A DNA stretch of 64,000 nt, taken from the NCBI GenBank assembly GCA_000320545.1, contig ADNK01003179.1, forward strand, positions 76,204 to 140,203. The letters are read 5' to 3'. Below the pieces are notes generated by a model. The model saw nothing but the letters and a program-made list of their open reading frames with translations, had not been told where the DNA came from and did not search any database. The position numbers and the translations under genes are program-made. Below, piece after piece: positions 29,126-41,619 of the stretch. Within the stretch, counting starts at the first letter, position 1. Each line of letters begins with the position of its first letter. This DNA is from Bigelowiella natans CCMP2755 (lineage: Eukaryota; Protista; Cercozoa).

Positions 29126-29582
29126 GCGGAATTGCTTTCTACGGCTATTTTAGTTCTTTCGTGGTCAGGTTCCCTAGAGGTTGGATATCAGATATAATGA
29201 AGTTGATGATTAGATCATGATAATGACGATGATGAGATTGGTGATGATAATGCTGATGCCGAGGATGATGAAGATCATACTTGTGAACGACTTAGGGGGG
29301 CCACAACTAGCACAACGTCTCGTTGGTTCTGAGTTCATGCTCCATCTCTGTGAAGTACGAGGGAAAGGAGGAGGAGAAACACCAGCAATCTCTGTCGGAG
29401 ACGATAGTAGGGGAAAAGGGGATGATAACAACAACAACGACGACGACGACGACGACAACAATAGTGAAGGTAATAAAAGTAAGGACGACACCGTCATCGG
29501 ACTCATTCGGTTAAGAATTGATGACGCAGCGAACTACAATTCAAGTCGTGAGATATTTAAGTTACTCAGGAAATTACGGTAA
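22037..29582 (+). CDS. Multi-OB-fold ssDNA-binding protein of the CDC24_OB1/OB2/OB3 type (S. pombe Cdc24 / plant At3g17030-like), many exons with low-complexity inserts
   Basis: Exons give VASVESIHAQGTVSENAVLEASV...GTKTYIMRL...VDAYLHVKF, KILPTACMVLL, FVGTVVYIG...RRRVLL, VSLYLFDNDIKLGYLFEQ, a Cys motif RCPFC and LTIDDGTASVEVSV. These follow the recalled plant pattern TIDSIYEKNFLSMNSVLEAVI..PGTNIFMLTL..IDLYLHRRY..RLLPTEYLVVLL..LKFILWGEQ. Confidence 0.65.
22738..22857. repeat. Compound intronic microsatellite (TGTGGA)n-(GT)n-(AT)n
   Basis: Read directly. It is one example of the many simple repeats in this window's introns. Confidence 0.9.
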
Positions 29583-29589
29583 GTAGCAT

Positions 29590-29767
29590 TGCATCCCTGC
29601 AAGCCTAGAAGCGCATCGCATGCGGGCTAGATAATAAATGAATTATGGTAAAATATAAGTTATTTACTAATGAAAGAATGTCCATACTTTCATAAGACTA
29701 AGCGTTGCCATCATGACTCACTAATGTGGATAATTACACACACATGAATATGAATAAATAAGTATGT

Positions 29768-29814
<47 letters not shown>

Positions 29815-30420
29815 TTTGTAAATATGGATATGTGCTACAACGCGGCGCATCATCAAGAGTTGTTCGAAGTGCACCTCACCACTCGCATAGAGCATACAAC
29901 AGTGACATGATACATGATGCATGCATCGTCGTGTGGCTACGCCGCAAGGGGATGTTATGTGCATTGTGCCTATGTGTGAACAGGAAGATCTAACGCTAGA
30001 ACGAATGGTCAACTTGCCGATTTGAAAAAGGGATATTTTAACGTGTTAATTAAGAGACATCTAGACATAGTCTAGTCATGTCATACTGGTTCACACATAT
30101 TGCATGCAAGGCCGCCTAAGAAAATAGACGATCTAGACGGTATTGCGATCGTGTAGGAGCGTGGCGTAAACAGTGCGCGCTAAAATGAATGTTCGGCTTT
30201 GCAGTGTGCTCAAACGCTCTCACTGTGGTCGGCTTGCATGTGTAGCATGCATGCTGACTTGACTTGATTTTCTGCGCTAGTGCGTGCTGCGCGAGCAATG
30301 GTTCAAAAATTGACATTCACACACGCTGATGGCGCCTACCGAATGGCCGATATTTTGCATCGAAACATGCACATATGCTGTCGCTCCTAACTTCTAGAGT
30401 CTACTTGGCACCACAACTTG
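29590..30420. other. Convergent-junction tract 3 (includes a (TA)n run at ~29776-29812)
   Basis: Positions 29881-29940 contain 2 homo-dinucleotides in 59 steps, with gcatgc and tctaga motifs. Lies between the OB-fold gene stop (+) and the decayed EGF-like fragment (-). Confidence 0.6.
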
Positions 30421-30552
30421 TCCACAACATGTCACAAGTTTCTTCATGTCTTGGTGATTTTGCGCCTCGAAACTTTTCATCGAAGACTTTCTGTTGCCGG
30501 ATTTAGGCGTCCAGAGCCTGAGCACGCTATTGAGGAACAGAAAATCTGACAT

Positions 30553-30774
30553 CTAATTTTCAAATGGACAGGTACATCGCAAATAGCAACTTCAGAGCTC
30601 CTCAAAACCGACGGGGCACGTGCATGTCCCTGATCCTCCAGGACCGTCGTCGCAGTCCTCGAAATGTCTACAGTTGCAACTTTGAGAACATTCGCGTTCA
30701 TAGATGGCTGGTTCACAGACTGTGTAGTAGCATTTTGCTGGTGATGCCGAAGCGACGATTAGGAGGACTTTCAA
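30553..30774 (-). pseudogene. Decayed EGF-like (MEGF/stabilin-type) repeat fragment
   Basis: Reads LKVLLIVASASPAKC...CEPAIYERECSQSCNCRHFEDCDDGPGGSGTCTCPVGFEEL*SCYLRCTC. The Cys spacing is EGF-like, but there is no in-frame ATG, there is an internal TGA, and two expected Gly positions are Glu. Confidence 0.45.
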
Positions 30775-31017
30775 AAGGCGCGAGACGTCACACAGGCTAG
30801 CAGGAGGCGCTAGGCCCCATGCCGGGTGTTGCTCGCTGTTTGACGACGTTGATGAATTTCCATGTTGTTTTCAACACGCGACAAGGAATATTTGAGCAGT
30901 ATCTGCAATGGAAATACATGGGATTTTGTTCCTGCGACAATAAAATTCGCATCTCTCGGTCTGACCGCATCCAGAAAAGGCGAGAAGAAAGATCCGAAAC
31001 CTGTCCTCCTCTGCAAG

Positions 31018-32980
31018 ATGGCATGCCTGCATAAGGGCCAAGACTCTCCACCAGGGCATCCGACACCAGAAAACCCTGTACCATCAACTGAATGGCTTAC
31101 TTACATCTTTCATAGGCAAAAAATCCTAAAAATAGGTCAGGAAAATGCCGAATCATCTTTGAAGAAGCCCAATGTCAACGAATCGTTCATTATGTTCAAC
31201 TAAAATTGGGAAAACCGTGTATACTTTTGCACTGACAGGAGTGAAGGTGAAAAGTGTGACGAGGGAATGCGATAGCCTGCAGGGCGGAATCTCACAGGGG
31301 ATTTTCGCTTGCGGCGTTGTCTATGAGGAAGATGGAAAACATCACCAACTGAGTAAGAACGAATGCCAAAGCGCAGGACTTCCTCTTAGCGTCGTATTCA
31401 AAGCCTCGCCAGGGTCCATAAACCTCAAGCAGGTGATACGTCATGTTAATGCTCGCTTTCAAACCAGTCCTCCTAATAATTTTGTCTCCACTTGGATTCA
31501 ACAGGGCCGAGAGGCTGAATATTTTAACGATGAAAGCGAGATGAGGCAAGCTCTAGCGTGTCTATGCGCGAACAAAAGTGCGACAGCCTTTCCAACACCG
31601 AAGATCTTCGCCTCGCTTAGAGAGTGGGGAGGCAATCCTCAAGGAATCTACATTCTGATGGAGGACATACGAAGGGTGGGTGTACGTGCTGACCAGTTCC
31701 ACGGAGCACAGGGAGGTACACAGAAGATCAAGGTAAACAATATGTACTTAGAGCAGGTTTTCCATATCCTGTAACGGATTCAAAATGTTCTTACAACTTA
31801 GACCTTGATACACAGAAGTGCATATTACACATACGAACAGAGTTGATATCACACATATTTTTACTATACGTATTATCTGTGTAAATTTATAGAAAGGAGA
31901 AGGTAGCGAGACCTCGAGTGATTCTGAGCTCAAATCGGAGGAAATGTGGCGGCTCTCTTTCGAATATGCCGCGGAGACACACGCGCGATTCATGGGACGC
32001 ATCGTGAAGGAGAAAAAGTTCAATACCATGGCTCTAGGCGAGGATGAAGGATTACTCAAAGGAATTCAACGGCTTAAGTATGTACAGTATAGCAGTGTTA
32101 AATATCTCCTCTCACCTTAATATAAGTTTTTACTGCATATTATTGTCATTGGCATCATCGTCATCATCGTTATCGTCATCGTCGTCATCGTTATAGGTAC
32201 GCAGATTGGCTGATGGGGAGTAACAAGCAGGGTTTTGAAAAATCGATTAAGGATTGCATGACTATGTGGCAGCTCTGTGAGACGAGCTGGATGGACCAGC
32301 GCCTCGCTAAGCTCATTCAGGCCTCAATCGAAACCACGAATTTTGAAAAAGCTGTCACCAAGATGCGCTCGCGACCGCTCACGCTTGTCCACGGGGATTT
32401 TCACGCTAAGAATCTGTTCTACGTGAAGAAAGGAGCGGAAAAGGTACTTGCTTTGGACTTCTCCGAGATTGGGGTAGGCGATCCATTCTCAGACCTCCTT
32501 CAGTATACGCTCTCTGATGTGTCTATAGAGACGAGAAGAAAGCATGAACAAGACGTGCTGAAAGCATATTGGAAACGACTTACAGCTGTGATGCAGTCGA
32601 CGTCATCATCGTCGTCGTCTAAAACTAAATTAACGACCGAAGGGGTAGGAGAGGGGAAATCGGCCCAAATATCATCTCTCGTCTCGCAGCTCACATTTGA
32701 GCGGGTTGTGGAGCTGTATAAATCCGGACTTGACCGGTGGCTGTACTTCTTGCCAATGATGGCATTCTTTGATGGATGCACGAAGCAAGCAAAAGCTAAG
32801 GCAGAGAAGGAGAAAAAAGGATCTTGGTCCCCTCCGAGCCGTACGGTTTACTTCCACGATGCAATCAAAGCCTTTGTCGAAGATCACTGTAAGGATACTG
32901 ATTACTTCGTTTTGAGAGGAGCCTGCGAAGTGAATTTAGAGGCTTTCTTAAATCGCAACCAGAAGCAAGCACCATCATAA
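31018..32980 (+). CDS. Aminoglycoside phosphotransferase / choline kinase / ecdysteroid-kinase-like protein, 4 exons
   Basis: Exons ~31018-31135, 31239-31732, 31893-32078 and 32197-32980. Motifs PVPSTEWL, VVFK, REAEYF, ILMEDI, LTLVHGDFHAKNLF (Brenner motif), LDFSEIGVGDPFSDL. Confidence 0.85.
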
Positions 32981-33029
32981 TTTAATTAGGTTTTTTGCTT
33001 ATATGACATAATTATCTATTATTATATGC

Positions 33030-33960
33030 ATGACGAGCTATGTATTCAGAACGTGGCCTTACGATGTACACGCTTCAGCACTAGGTAATTATCTATGCGG
33101 CGTGTGGCTGCAAGCGATGTAGCTGCTTTGCTTCATGTAACCTGAAAATGTCCTCATTGCGGTAATTATACGCAGGCAATCAACTCTTCATAAGAGCGAT
33201 GTGCATGCGTTCATAATTAGTGAGTGCCATATATACCAGTATAGTCGCGCTGCTCTAGTGCTGCATGCTCTAGCAGCTAGTGCTACCGCGCGCTAGCATA
33301 GCTCTGGAGCTAGCTAATTTATTTTGTAATATCACCACGTCGCCAGCTGCACAGCTATAGACAGCTACAGAGCACCATGTGAGCAGATTACAGTATGCTA
33401 GCATGGCTAGAGGGCCATCGGACAATCGCCATCCTGGCATCGTGGTCGTGCGGCCATGCGCGTGCATGTAAGCACCTAGCTAGCTAGACTAGCTGAGTCA
33501 TAGCAACGCTAATGGTTTGTGCTTTAAATGCCGATAAACATAGCATAGCGAAGTTTCGTGACTTATTAAGCTTTTCTTGTTTTGTGCTAGCTGTAGAGCT
33601 AGCTAGCTAGTTTAGTAGATGCTAAGCGCCTGTCACACGACATAGCGCAGCATTTTGCTTTATCTAGATGCACATTGCATTGTTGTTGGCGTGTGCGCTA
33701 GCATGCACTGTGCACGTTCTACCTTAGTAGCGTTGATTTTGCATCTGATAACACTGCTAGACTGTCTTTCTTCTAGATATGAATACAGTACATGCGATGT
33801 AGTGCGGCGCTATCGCATCTAGACAAAATCTAGATAATATGCATTCAACAAATACGATGAGCCATGCTAGCATGCGCGCGCATCGCTAGATCGCTTGCAA
33901 AAAAATGTAGACTGGTGCACAATAACATGCGATTTAATGTATCATAGTTGGCTTAAACAT
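33030..33960. other. Convergent-junction tract 4 with (TAGC)n cores
   Basis: Positions 33241-33300 contain 1 homo-dinucleotide in 59 steps. ctagctagctag occurs at ~33476 and ~33598. Lies between the kinase stop (+) and the PP2A-A stop (-). Confidence 0.75.
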
Positions 33961-34101
33961 CAGTGTTTATTTCTCGAAATTGGAGGTTGCATTTCCTTTC
34001 GTTACATGCAAACGTCTAAATTTACATCAAGAAACGGGTAATCACATGTTCATTATAATTCATAACAAAATGGGCTCCACGACGATATTAAACAACTCAT
34101 T

Positions 34102-37100
34102 TTAAGACTGTTTCTTCTCCTCGTTGACCTCTTTTGGCGGATTGAGAATGTTAGCATACGATTCCTGTGCGAAGTACACAACGTCCTGTCCAAAATATGT
34201 CATTATGATTTGTTGTGCAAGGAAATGGATGAAGAAAAAAAAAATGACGTCAAATTATCACCTTGTCCGAGTCTTCAGCCATTTTCGAAAGTATTGGCTT
34301 TATCTATCGTAAATAACGAATTTGATGAGGAAAAGCAGCTTTTGCCAATGATGGTGGGATCATGTAGAATTGCAAAATTGGGCAACAGTTTTGCGTTCGC
34401 TTACTTAATAATACCTGGTCATCCACAGCCGATTTTCCCATAAATTTTGCTATGTGTGAAAGTTTCTTTGCCAAAGTAAACCTTATATTTGCAACCTGAA
34501 GGGAAAGAGATGAGAATGGCGTGGTGGTTTATTCTTTATAAACCAGTAGCGCATGAAGAGGACGTGATGATAATCCGTATGCAGTACTCATCATTATCAT
34601 CATCATTGTTGTTGTTGTCGCATATTTAAACCACCTTGTCTTTTGAGAGAGTATCTATGAGTGGCATGAGTTCTTTTACGACCCCATCGTTCCCCATAGC
34701 CTGTGCCAGATACTGACCACACCAAGCAATTAGAAATGAAAGTTTGATGAATGTAAAAGATTTACGCGCATATGCATTTGAAGAAGAGGAAATTTTGTTT
34801 TTATATGTACGTACAGAAATGAATTAAGATCGTGGAGATAATGACGATGACGAACGACAAAGATTCAATCTTCCTTACGTTGATTGCGTAAACAGCTGAC
34901 ATCCTGTAGCTTGGTTTCTTATGTTCGCTCAGTGCTTTCACCTCCGGTACGAGGTTTGTGTAAGTCCATTTTGCCTCGAAGATCTCCGCAACTTCTTTTA
35001 GATTCTGAGATCATTCAAATAAAGTTGATTGTGACGACGGAGACAGAACGAGACAATATTCCTAGTATACGCGAAATAAAGAAGCATTTCGAATAACATT
35101 TCAACCTCTGCAAATCGTCATAATTTATAATGATGTTATCGCTCATTGATTATGTCTTAATTTTAAATTTTATATACCTCTGCAGCGACCATTCTGATCT
35201 TCCATACGGAATCCTTCAGCCAATCTACGCACTGCTTGCTGTGAGAAATATAGAGGCGGTTATTAGACGGAAATTAGACGGAGGAGGGGGTGTCGGGGTT
35301 GTGAATGAAATTAGTAGCCGACAACTTCGGCTTGTTTTCTTGCTCCCCAATAGAATAATCTCTTTAAATTCCATCCGAAATTTAGAGAAAGAACACTTAT
35401 ATTTTTTTATGTTATTAGTTACCAGAGATGCTTTTCGAACATCGAAGCTCCCAACTTTCGACCGAGGAGAGGCACATACTTAAGGATAGCCAAGCGGATT
35501 CTCCATTTCTATAAAATTAATAGGATTGGAGGGAAGTTAACACTGGTGACAAAAAAACGATATTTTTTTATAATATGACCAAAAACATAGATTCCATCTA
35601 AGAGAAGAGATAAGATTGTGTACTAGCGACCTTATCTCTAGCAAGATCGTCCACAGCCGGTAGTAACGACTGAGCTAGTAACTCCACACCGATCACGTTA
35701 TTTACGGACTCAAGCTATGATGCCAATGGAAAGGGACGGGATACAATAATTAGGTAAGGGTGATCAATATATTCTATGGCAGAAGAAAAGGAAAGCTAGA
35801 GACCTTCGAAATGATCTTGAGTCTAACTTCAGGATCTTCATCTTTTAACAGCTGAAGGAATTGCGGTAGCAGTTGCTCTAAGACCACTTGTTTCGGCGCA
35901 CAATTTGCCAGGCTCATAATCACTGAAGCCAATGCCGCCCGCGTGTACTGGGATTCATCTTTAGCTAACGCCTGCAACCGATAATTAAAAAGGCTTGAGC
36001 TTGCGACAAAATTTAATTCAATAATTTGATGCAGTTAGCACGAGTTCATAATTTGGTCCGCGAGAATGCGTATATGGAACAGTCACAAATGATTCTAGTT
36101 TCTCTCATATTTTATACTGAATTTGACCTCAATGGGCCTCATTAGTTTATCAGTTGTAAGTTTCTCTCCAGCAAGCTGAGCAACTTCTGCAATCTGTAAC
36201 GACAGAAACAGAGAGCATGAGTGTCATGTCAGATTATCTGCATGGGGTGTGTGAGATGGTATCCTAAGGGCGGGTTTTCTTTATTTACCTTCTGAGCAGC
36301 AGCAGTGCGAACTTCCGCTTCTCCATCCTAAATGATTTGTGAATTTGAAGACTATGAGAATAATGAAATCATAAAAGATGGACACTACATTACGAATTTT
36401 AGCCAGGCTACCTGTAGGAGCTGCACGAAAATATTGATCATTTCATGCCGATTTTTTTTCTCTTCTCCAGCCTGGTGCAGTAGTCAGCACAGAAAAAGAA
36501 GAGACTTAATAGGGACCTCAAGACAACCATTACTATTTTGAAGAATCTTTCTTTGTTGACCAGATTATCGTTGTCGCTTACCGCTTCAGTCAGGGAAGGA
36601 AATTTATCCGCAACCATATATCGGACGCGCCAACTTTTGTCTTTGCAGAGTGCATAAATCGCAGGGAGAATCTGCAAATAGAGCCAAAGTCTTAAAATAA
36701 TATGACGAGGAATCACCATTTACGCAGCTGCAGCTAATCCGCAATACCTTCGCTTCCCTATCCTCTGGTTTAAGCAAATTTGCCACCATTACACAATTTT
36801 CTACTGTGCGAAGACGGACAGAGTCTTGTGCATCCTGAAAGATATTCGTTTAGAGTGCATACCTTCGACAAACATTTGCATCACTTAAGAATTTTGTCTC
36901 TGACCTTGGTCAATTTCGACATAGATGGTACTATTTCGCTCATCACGTGCTTGTAATCTATCACACTGAGAAACACACCAATTTAAGCAATCTCCGACTA
37001 TTGATAATCTCTAATATCAAAAAGCAACGGCACCTTGCAAATTTTCCGAGCTGCTGACAAGCAGCTCGCCTCACCATAGGAGTATCATCTTCACATAACT

Positions 37101-37223
37101 TGACAAAAAGCTGCCTCATTTCATCCTGAAGAAAATGGAAATTCACGAAGGTTCACACGCTTTCTTTGCGTATTCTCTCCTTCCCCCTCTCTTTCTCTAC
37201 ATTTACGTCCACCCACTCACCCA

Positions 37224-37254
<31 letters not shown>

Positions 37255-38242
37255 TGACCTGATCCTTCTGTGCTAAACTCGAGTAAACAATCTCGAAGAG
37301 GCTGCTAGATGAAACTCGTGATGTAAACCACTTCCCTGTTGCTAGTCGTTTCACAAGAGGCGCCTGAAGAGAGAAGCATGTTCTAATTCCAGCCACCCAA
37401 GTCGTCGAAAACAATGCAAAAGAAGATGCGCAAACTTACCATATGTGTTTCAAGTTGAGACTTATTAAGAACTTTAACTATTTTTTTCATAGATTCCACT
37501 GCTCTATCTCTTACGACAGCCTCTTCGATCCCTGAAAGGGTCTCGAGAGGTACCAAGAGTACGTGAGCATTCTCCGATCCTCCTAGATTATTTATTGCAT
37601 GATTAGGCGAGAGTATGGTTTTCCAGGTGCCTGCTACTACCTACGCAATCCGGTAAGTCGCCTAGCTGCTCAGAAAGGACTACAAGAATGTCGTCCTAAA
37701 ATACGATTATTACAAGTCATCGTTCGTTCCAATCTTATGAAACATTATGCTTCAAGTAGCGCTAATACCTCATCATCTACAAATTCACTGAGATATGGCA
37801 CGAGTTCCCGAATAGTTCGTTCAGGGCCCAACGCCTTGGCGATTGTGGTTAATTTTCTAAAAAGAAATATTGTCATCATGATACCAAGCAATTAACCACA
37901 CGATCGGAAATGAATTTCTTACTTCATCGAATTCAATCTAATCTGCATGTCGTCGTTTTGGAGCTCGTCAATCAACACGGCAACAAGAAGCTCGTCATTG
38001 TTCTGCAGCATTACCCAAAAAAATAAATTAGATTGTAGGTCGTTCAAACAAGTTACAATTAAGACCTCTCCTTCGCCGGTTGCAGCTGCGGCTGCCACTT
38101 GTTCCTATTATAAACCCAAACCAGTCTCATATTTTTAACCTCCTTCTCACTACTTCATAATAATGAATCTCGTTCTTATTCAACTAAGTACCTGATTGCC
38201 ATTCTCTACCTCCATGTTTGAAGCTCCCGCATTATCTGGCAT
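34102..38242 (-). CDS. PPP2R1A: Protein phosphatase 2A scaffold subunit A (HEAT repeats), about 20 exons
   Basis: [100 protein letters not shown]. Last exon DVVYFAQE...KQS* ends at 34102. Confidence 0.95.
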
Positions 38243-39697
38243 GGCAGAAAAGAGACAGTTATTTCCAACCTTTATAAAGCATTACGTTTGCATTATTTTA
38301 TGGTTCATTCTTGCCTTTAGGCATATTTTCCACTTCCATGGCCACTGAATTTGAGATCGTCACCCGATATTCCTAAGGAGGTAATTGAAACTTGGGTGTT
38401 AAAAATGCGTCACCCCTATCCTTAACCTCAACTTCGTATATGTAACATGCAATTGGGCCGCAACTTCCTAAACACTATGCTAACAACTGTAATTTGTATC
38501 CAGGGATAAATTAACTTTCAGAAAAATCATTTTGAACTAAAGAAACCTCTGATCGGTCTTGTTCTCTTGATTTGCAGTCCCTCTTACACTCAAATGTACC
38601 TTTATCACACATTTTTACTTGCAGTACTTGTAACGCTTGCAGTACATGATTACCACAATGTAGGTTCATAGTTACAACCATGTGGATCTACATGTCCTCT
38701 CACAAGGTACTTAATTGCTCAGGGGTAGGGAAAAACATTCTTTCAGCGCGTCCAAAACTAGAAGAAAGATTGGATACGTTGTAACTATCTCGAGTTGTAT
38801 GATGAATGTGACCACATTGACGACGATTCTCTAAAAAGCCTAAAATATATGCAAAGTTTGGGAGTTGAATTACCAGGCGGGGAGGGGATGCAAATGAATG
38901 ACTGCTGGTTTATAATCAGACTCATCAGTCTCGATAGACAATTCTTCGGTCACAACAAGTGTTATAAAAATAGAAGACGACAAAGAAATATTCATGTCTT
39001 ATAATATAAATATCACCTAATTTTTATAATAATCCATTCAAGAATCCTTTCCCTCGTATTTTTGTGCAGCAAGCAAGGGCTTAGCTGCTGGCGAGGCACC
39101 ACGGAGCTGAGAAGCTCTTCAACTTTTCGTGCGAAAACTACAATAGTGGAAGTCTTAATCTATTTTCCCTCTATATTTTTGATAGAAGCACACTAGCTTT
39201 TTGTCCATTTTGGTTTGAAATGCCGAGCGTGTAAAATGGATTCTTTCTCAGCGGTGTGAACTTGAACTAATTAGCTAAACCACAACGCATGTTTTTAGCC
39301 AAAATTAAGTGTAGCTTCAATTTTCTTTCATAGCTCCTGCTTTGTTGACATGAATCATTCGAATTTGCTTGTCTCACTATAAAATAGAGTTCCTGGAAGC
39401 ATCGTGACTCGTGACTCCGTCGCGGCGTTGATGAGACTATTATTCCCGTCAAAAGCTTAAGGATATCGATGTGAGTTAACAATACTTGATGAGGAACAGC
39501 AGCAGCAACAACAACAACAACAACAACAACAACAAGGTATATTCCTGTTGCTTTTCCATCGTGAGTAAACCAAGCAATGTTCTGTTCGGAAGTCAATACA
39601 GTGATATTACATCAGTTCTCTTGACCTGGAAATGATTGTCTATTAGTAAAATATACCCAAAATATCCCAAAAAAATGTACGTATTTTGAAGCTTAAA

Positions 39698-41389
39698 ATG
39701 GATGGACATAATATTAGCCTAGGGCAGACTCAGAGCATCATGGAGGAAATGGGGGCTTCCGAAGTCCCAGAGAAGGGGGGTACTGACGAGAACGAGTTGA
39801 TGGAAAAAGTATCGGCGATGACCAGGTGAATCCAAGAAATATGTTTGTCTAATCTCTTTCTTGAGAGCGCGAGCGATGAAAACTTGTATGCTTGGAAAGC
39901 TTCCATGTTATCTCAAAGCTCATTCGCCGTTGCTGCACCAACCTATCGATAAACCATATTCACGAGCTGCAATTCAAGATATGTTCATTGATGCAGGAAC
40001 CCTGACCCCAATCTTGCATCCGTGATGGGACGTAAACGAAGGGGAAAGGTCGTCGAGTTTCTGAGTAGCATCTTCGGTCTCGATTCGACTACCATGATCA
40101 TAGTCCTCAAGAACCTAGCTGTGAATCTCCTCGTCGCTTGGAATCACAGCCGTCAGATTACGAATTATTATAACGCAAACACTGTACTGGATGAGCTTGT
40201 TTCAAAGATCGCAGAACTGGAAGAGCAATACGATTCAGATCTGGAGACTATTAACCGGAATGGGGTAAGAAGACCAAGAAGATCGAGACCTTATGCCCTA
40301 CTGCAGTTCTTAAAAAAGTTTATCCTCAGACGGCGCTCCAAAGCGCAAGAACAGATTTTGGAGTCAGCTCGTATGCTTGAGTACCGAAAAAAACAAGAAC
40401 GATACCAAATGCAAGCATTTATTTATGTTACTTCGAGAATCGTTGCTGCAATTGGGCAGCATCTCTGGCGCTCTATTCTTCAACATGGAGGTTCAGCTTG
40501 TGTCTAACTTTGCGCATATGAATCCTAACTTTCGTGCATCTTTCATTTAATTACTAATATCAAAATCCTCTGTATCCCTTTCGTCCTTTCTGCCTGTTGA
40601 TAACGATCTGGATAACGATCTGACTTTATATTGGCATTATAAATACAATCATAACGCTTTGAAGGCGTGTACCAGGCTCTCCGAAGTTCCCCCCTAGAAC
40701 GGCCTGAGGATATTGCGCGAGGTGAGAGGCTGGATATTGAAGGCAGAGTTGCTGATTTGGAGAGACAAATTCACGATGTTGAGCTGCGAGTCGCCAAGAA
40801 TCAAGCGTTAGGAGAAAAACGCGATGATATCAATAATGAGGATGCAAAAAGCCCCCCAAATGAAAATGTTGGGGCGGTGGAGGCGCCGGTAACAAAGAGC
40901 AAGGATCAGGATATCGATAGACTTTCTCGTCTACGCCATAAGCACTCGATATTTAGCACTGTGCTGAAGATGGAAATCATCAAATTGAGAATCTCCAGTC
41001 TTGCCCAGTATTTTGACAGGATCATATCTACCGAGTGGAATAAGTATATCAGCAGTATGGTAAACATAATTGTCAATTTGATCAGTAGCGCATATGCAAC
41101 TTACGATTCTAAAAAGCTGGCACTGGTCGTCAAGAACCCAAACTTGAGACTTCCAAAACTTCATCGCTACATCCCTCACTACCTATACAGTTGGATCACA
41201 GTGAGCTCCTATCGATGGATACCTACTTACATACATCTCACGGCATGTTACATAAACTTCAAGACATGTATCACTGCAAAGACTACGAGAATAAGCTTGA
41301 AGCGCGAAGTGGAGCACCTACGGGAATTAGAGATTAGGTTTCGAGCTGCCTCTAAGCGGTTTCTTAAAGTAATGAGTGAGAATGAATAG
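39698..41389 (+). CDS. Hypothetical protein with coiled-coil segments, 3 exons
   Basis: ATG at 39698; GT-AG joins keep frame into the ORFs at 40022-40490 and 40667-41389. No family recognised. Confidence 0.6.
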
Positions 41390-41537
41390 TTGTGTGATTA
41401 ATCTTGAGCTTCGAAAAGGATCGGAAGCGTATGTAGTATAGCTGCTGAATACCAATATAGGCATATTTTAAGCTATGCTATTATTTGAATGAAATATATA
41501 GACTATAGATCGACAGTATGTGTATAAATATGCATAT

Positions 41538-41583
<46 letters not shown>

Positions 41584-41619
41584 GAAGTTTATATTTATGC
41601 ATATTTGTCTAATAAAATG

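Noticed and set aside
38300-39650. Possible extra small gene or exons (ORF 39267-39596; FARKVEELLSS... at ~39020-39140)
   Set aside because: I could not assemble a consistent spliced frame or recognise a family.
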